A DNA stretch of 64,000 nt from Geopsychrobacteraceae bacterium (GTDB taxonomy: Bacteria; Desulfobacterota; Desulfuromonadia; Desulfuromonadales; Geopsychrobacteraceae), in the NCBI GenBank assembly GCA_963662315.1, contig OY759353.1, positions 2,784,001 through 2,848,000 on the forward strand, given 5' to 3'. The translations under genes and the position numbers were made by a program. Below, piece after piece: positions 61,783 through 64,000 of this stretch (its first letter is position 1; each line of letters begins with the position of its first letter). The notes below the pieces were generated by a model. The model did not search any database, was not told the origin of the DNA, and worked only from the letters and a program-made list of their open reading frames with translations.

Positions 61783-62229
61783 ATATAACACTTATCAGGC
61801 CCCCGGCCGTCAAGGGTAAAGAATAGCGTTAACGCAAAAGATTCACCTTTTCGTTCTTTGACAAGCGACTGATCTACTAAGCAGCCATCCGGTTTCTGAC
61901 TTGGGCTTTTGAACGGGCTGCAGTGACGATCCTGCTCCCAAACACTTATCGAGGCTCTTTACACAGGGCCCGGATCTTTGGTTGCATCCTATTGCCCTGT
62001 CACCTGGAAACACGTACGGACCCTGGTGCCGTTCCAGTCAAAAAGGCGGGCTTCATCTGTTGTGCTGATGATCCCAGTTAGTTACGGAATCGGGTCAGGG
62101 GCTTCAGCCGGCGCGGGCCTGCACTAGTATCAAACGCATTAACCGGAGGAGACGGAGCTAGGCGAAATTCGCAAGAGATCTACTAACCTGAAACGCATCA
62201 CCGCCACCGGTTATGCAAAGCCGTTAAAA
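61783..62229 (+). other. attC site 10, split by mini-IS110 (61783-61790 plus 62133-62229)
   Basis: Rejoined site ATATAAC-AAACGC-ATTAACCGG...CCGGTTAT...GTTAAAA. Confidence 0.88.
61791..62132 (-). mobile_element. Non-autonomous 340 bp derivative of the IS110 element
   Basis: Near-identical to 54934-55260, fused at GGGCC to the other end TGCACTAGTATCA. Confidence 0.95.
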
Positions 62230-62296
62230 ATCCATGGCGCGCAGTTCAGTTCTATGTAACTTAAACAAATGTAAATTATTAAGAGGGGAAAATATT

Positions 62297-62986
62297 TTGT
62301 ATTCGTATAAGCACTTTACTATAACGGTTATTGTACTACTTACCATTGTACTATCTGGCTGTTCAGTACACTCAAACAACTTTGAATTTCCAACATGCGA
62401 AGGCCAATCCTGCGGCATAACCGCAATAACAAAAATATTGCCCCCTCATTCTGAGAATGGGCAATATACTATCGATCTTGATCAATTCAGCTTTATCCTT
62501 CCATCACCACCATTACGGATTTACAGGCTCTTGGATGGAGATATTTATGTTTATTTTGAAAAAGGCTCTTCATTAAGTTTTAGCTTGGACACTCAAAAAT
62601 CTCTCGCAGAAGACACACCGTGGCCCGCCATAAGCAATTACTCCGTTGCCGACTCCGCTGAATTTATTTTCACAAAAACGGGAAACGACCTAGCTAACGT
62701 AACGGACAAAAATGACCTCTGGATCATGAAAAGAGCCTTGTTTTTAAAAGGTGAGCTTTTGCCCCCTCATGGCGAAATTTCATATTCAAGCAAAGCGGAC
62801 TTTTCATTGTATTACTGGAACGACACGAGCATGAGAAACGTTTGTTTTGCATACGTATTCAGTAAAAGCATACGTGATAAATACATCAGAATATCGTCAA
62901 ACAATATGTCATATGCTGCCTTTCAAAGCATTGTAGCGTCTATAAAAACAACAGATCATTTCAGGATTCGGAGGGGCGATAAATGA
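62297..62986 (+). CDS. Cassette 11 ORF1: putative lipoprotein
   Basis: GAGGGG RBS, TTG start, LSGC lipobox. Confidence 0.75.
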   Translation: MYSYKHFTITVIVLLTIVLSGCSVHSNNFEFPTCEGQSCGITAITKILPPHSENGQYTIDLDQFSFILPSPPLRIYRLLDGDIYVYFEKGSSLSFSLDTQKSLAEDTPWPAISNYSVADSAEFIFTKTGNDLANVTDKNDLWIMKRALFLKGELLPPHGEISYSSKADFSLYYWNDTSMRNVCFAYVFSKSIRDKYIRISSNNMSYAAFQSIVASIKTTDHFRIRRGDK

Positions 62987-63312
62987 ATGAGCTAACAGAA
63001 AGTGAACAAAAAAACTTAAGAATAGTCCTTGTCCATATTTTTGGGAGCGAGGCGGCCGGCTGGCCAATGAATAAAAATACACTTAGAGCAACAGGTGAAA
63101 TGCTTGAAGGTTCTAGAAGATGCTCCGATGCCATGGATTATGTCCCACGCCCAGCGGGATATACGTCTGGAGTTTCATATTTAAGAAAGCAGCTCGAAGA
63201 TTTAGCACGGCGAGCAAGACGCCATGATCAAGTATACGAAGCATGTAAAAGAGGGGCTAAAATTCGATGGAAATCAACTATATACAATGCAGCAAATGGA
63301 CTTTATTACTAA
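62983..63312 (+). CDS. Cassette 11 ORF2: basic hypothetical protein (109 aa)
   Basis: GGAGG RBS, ATGA overlap with ORF1. Confidence 0.8.
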   Translation: MNELTESEQKNLRIVLVHIFGSEAAGWPMNKNTLRATGEMLEGSRRCSDAMDYVPRPAGYTSGVSYLRKQLEDLARRARRHDQVYEACKRGAKIRWKSTIYNAANGLYY

Positions 63313-63340
63313 TTTTTAGAACATTAACGGGAAATTTTTA

Positions 63341-63372
63341 ATCGGGTAGCCGGGAGGACATAGCCCACGGAC
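63341..63372 (-). mobile_element. Probable group IIC intron 3' end remnant in the last attC
   Basis: Minus strand ends CCTCCCGGCTACCCGAT exactly inside the expected inverse core (TTTTA|AC). Confidence 0.55.
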
Positions 63373-63374
63373 CG

Positions 63375-64000
63375 TTGCGGTTCTGGCCATTAGGCGTGCA
63401 TTGCGCCGTCGGCCGGCTGGTTAGATGCTGGATGCTTCATTGGAGAGACGACGTTCGCGTACGAACCCTTTAAAAAAGGGCGTTCTGTGCTTACTATTTG
63501 TCGCCCGCCTGGGACAAATAGTAAGGCGTCGTGCGGGGCGCAACACCGCGACCTTGCTTGTTTCATTTCAATCATAAAAGACAACACCGCCGGGTCCCGG
63601 CCCGGCAGCCGGATTCATTTTTTCCAGCGATGAAAAAACGAATCAAAAAAATCTTTTAAGATCAAGGTAACTGACGATAGCTGTGTTGGGCTACGGTTAA
63701 AGATTGCCAGGTGCAATTAACCGGCAGCCCACGCTGCTGTCGCAGCTAATGGGCAGAATCGAATTGAAGTGAATGCAGGAAAATGCCAGCGGCATTTTTG
63801 CGGTTCTGGCCATCAGGCGCGCATTGCGCCGTCGGCCGGCGGGTTAAATGCTGGGATGTTTCCTTGGAGAACCGACGCCCGAATCCGGACCCTTTAAAGA
63901 AGGGCGTTTTGTGCTTACTATTTGTCGCCCGCCTGGAACAAATAGTAAGGCGTCATGCGGGGCGCAACACCGCGACCTTGCTTGTTTCATTTCAATCATA
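63375..64000. repeat. Mosaic repeat array B(-) A(+) B(-), period 423 bp, running off the window
   Basis: 63375-63576 repeated at 63798-64000; middle unit shares TCAAGGTAACTGACGA..TGCCAGGTG..GGCAGCCCA..ATGGGC with unit A at 49284. Confidence 0.92.

Larger units (their letters stand above)
53137..63340 (+). mobile_element. Integron cassette array (11 cassettes)
   Basis: Each cassette starts with a GTT core whose complement reappears as the inverse core at its end; many cassettes are visibly AT-richer than the housekeeping genes. Confidence 0.95.

Noticed and set aside
49284..64000. CRISPR interpretation of the repeats
   Set aside because: Units are ~170-440 bp with no short constant repeat and unique spacer pattern, and no cas genes are present

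Overview
Chromosomal window from an anaerobic bacterium; the gene content suggests a Desulfuromonadales-like deltaproteobacterium (inference only). Housekeeping blocks: gltBD, pflBA with a formate/nitrite channel, fbp and a complete rnfABCDGE operon. Accessory blocks: (i) 8.0-16.7 kb, a decaying island with two paralogous membrane-anchored proteins whose downstream partners are both cut by mobile sequences, an inverted-repeat-flanked RAYT-like HUH transposase and a Tlde1-like/lipoprotein pair; (ii) a CarH/LitR-like B12-binding MerR regulator divergent from a phasin/ABC1-kinase/SRPBCC operon; (iii) 36.7-48.4 kb, a sigma54-controlled catabolic cluster (acyl-CoA ligase, family III CoA transferase, cytoplasmic molybdopterin enzyme plus ferredoxin, OFA transporter, broken porin); (iv) 52.0-63.4 kb, an integron with intI, attI and 11 cassettes. 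The array carries a full IS110-family element in one attC, a 340 bp transposase-less derivative at the identical position of another attC, an IS3 inside a cassette gene and a probable group IIC intron scar at the last attC. One cassette has no convincing ORF but contains a 20-bp perfect hairpin. Two unannotated families of dispersed non-coding repeats also occur. All calls come from motif recognition by eye; no database searches were run.
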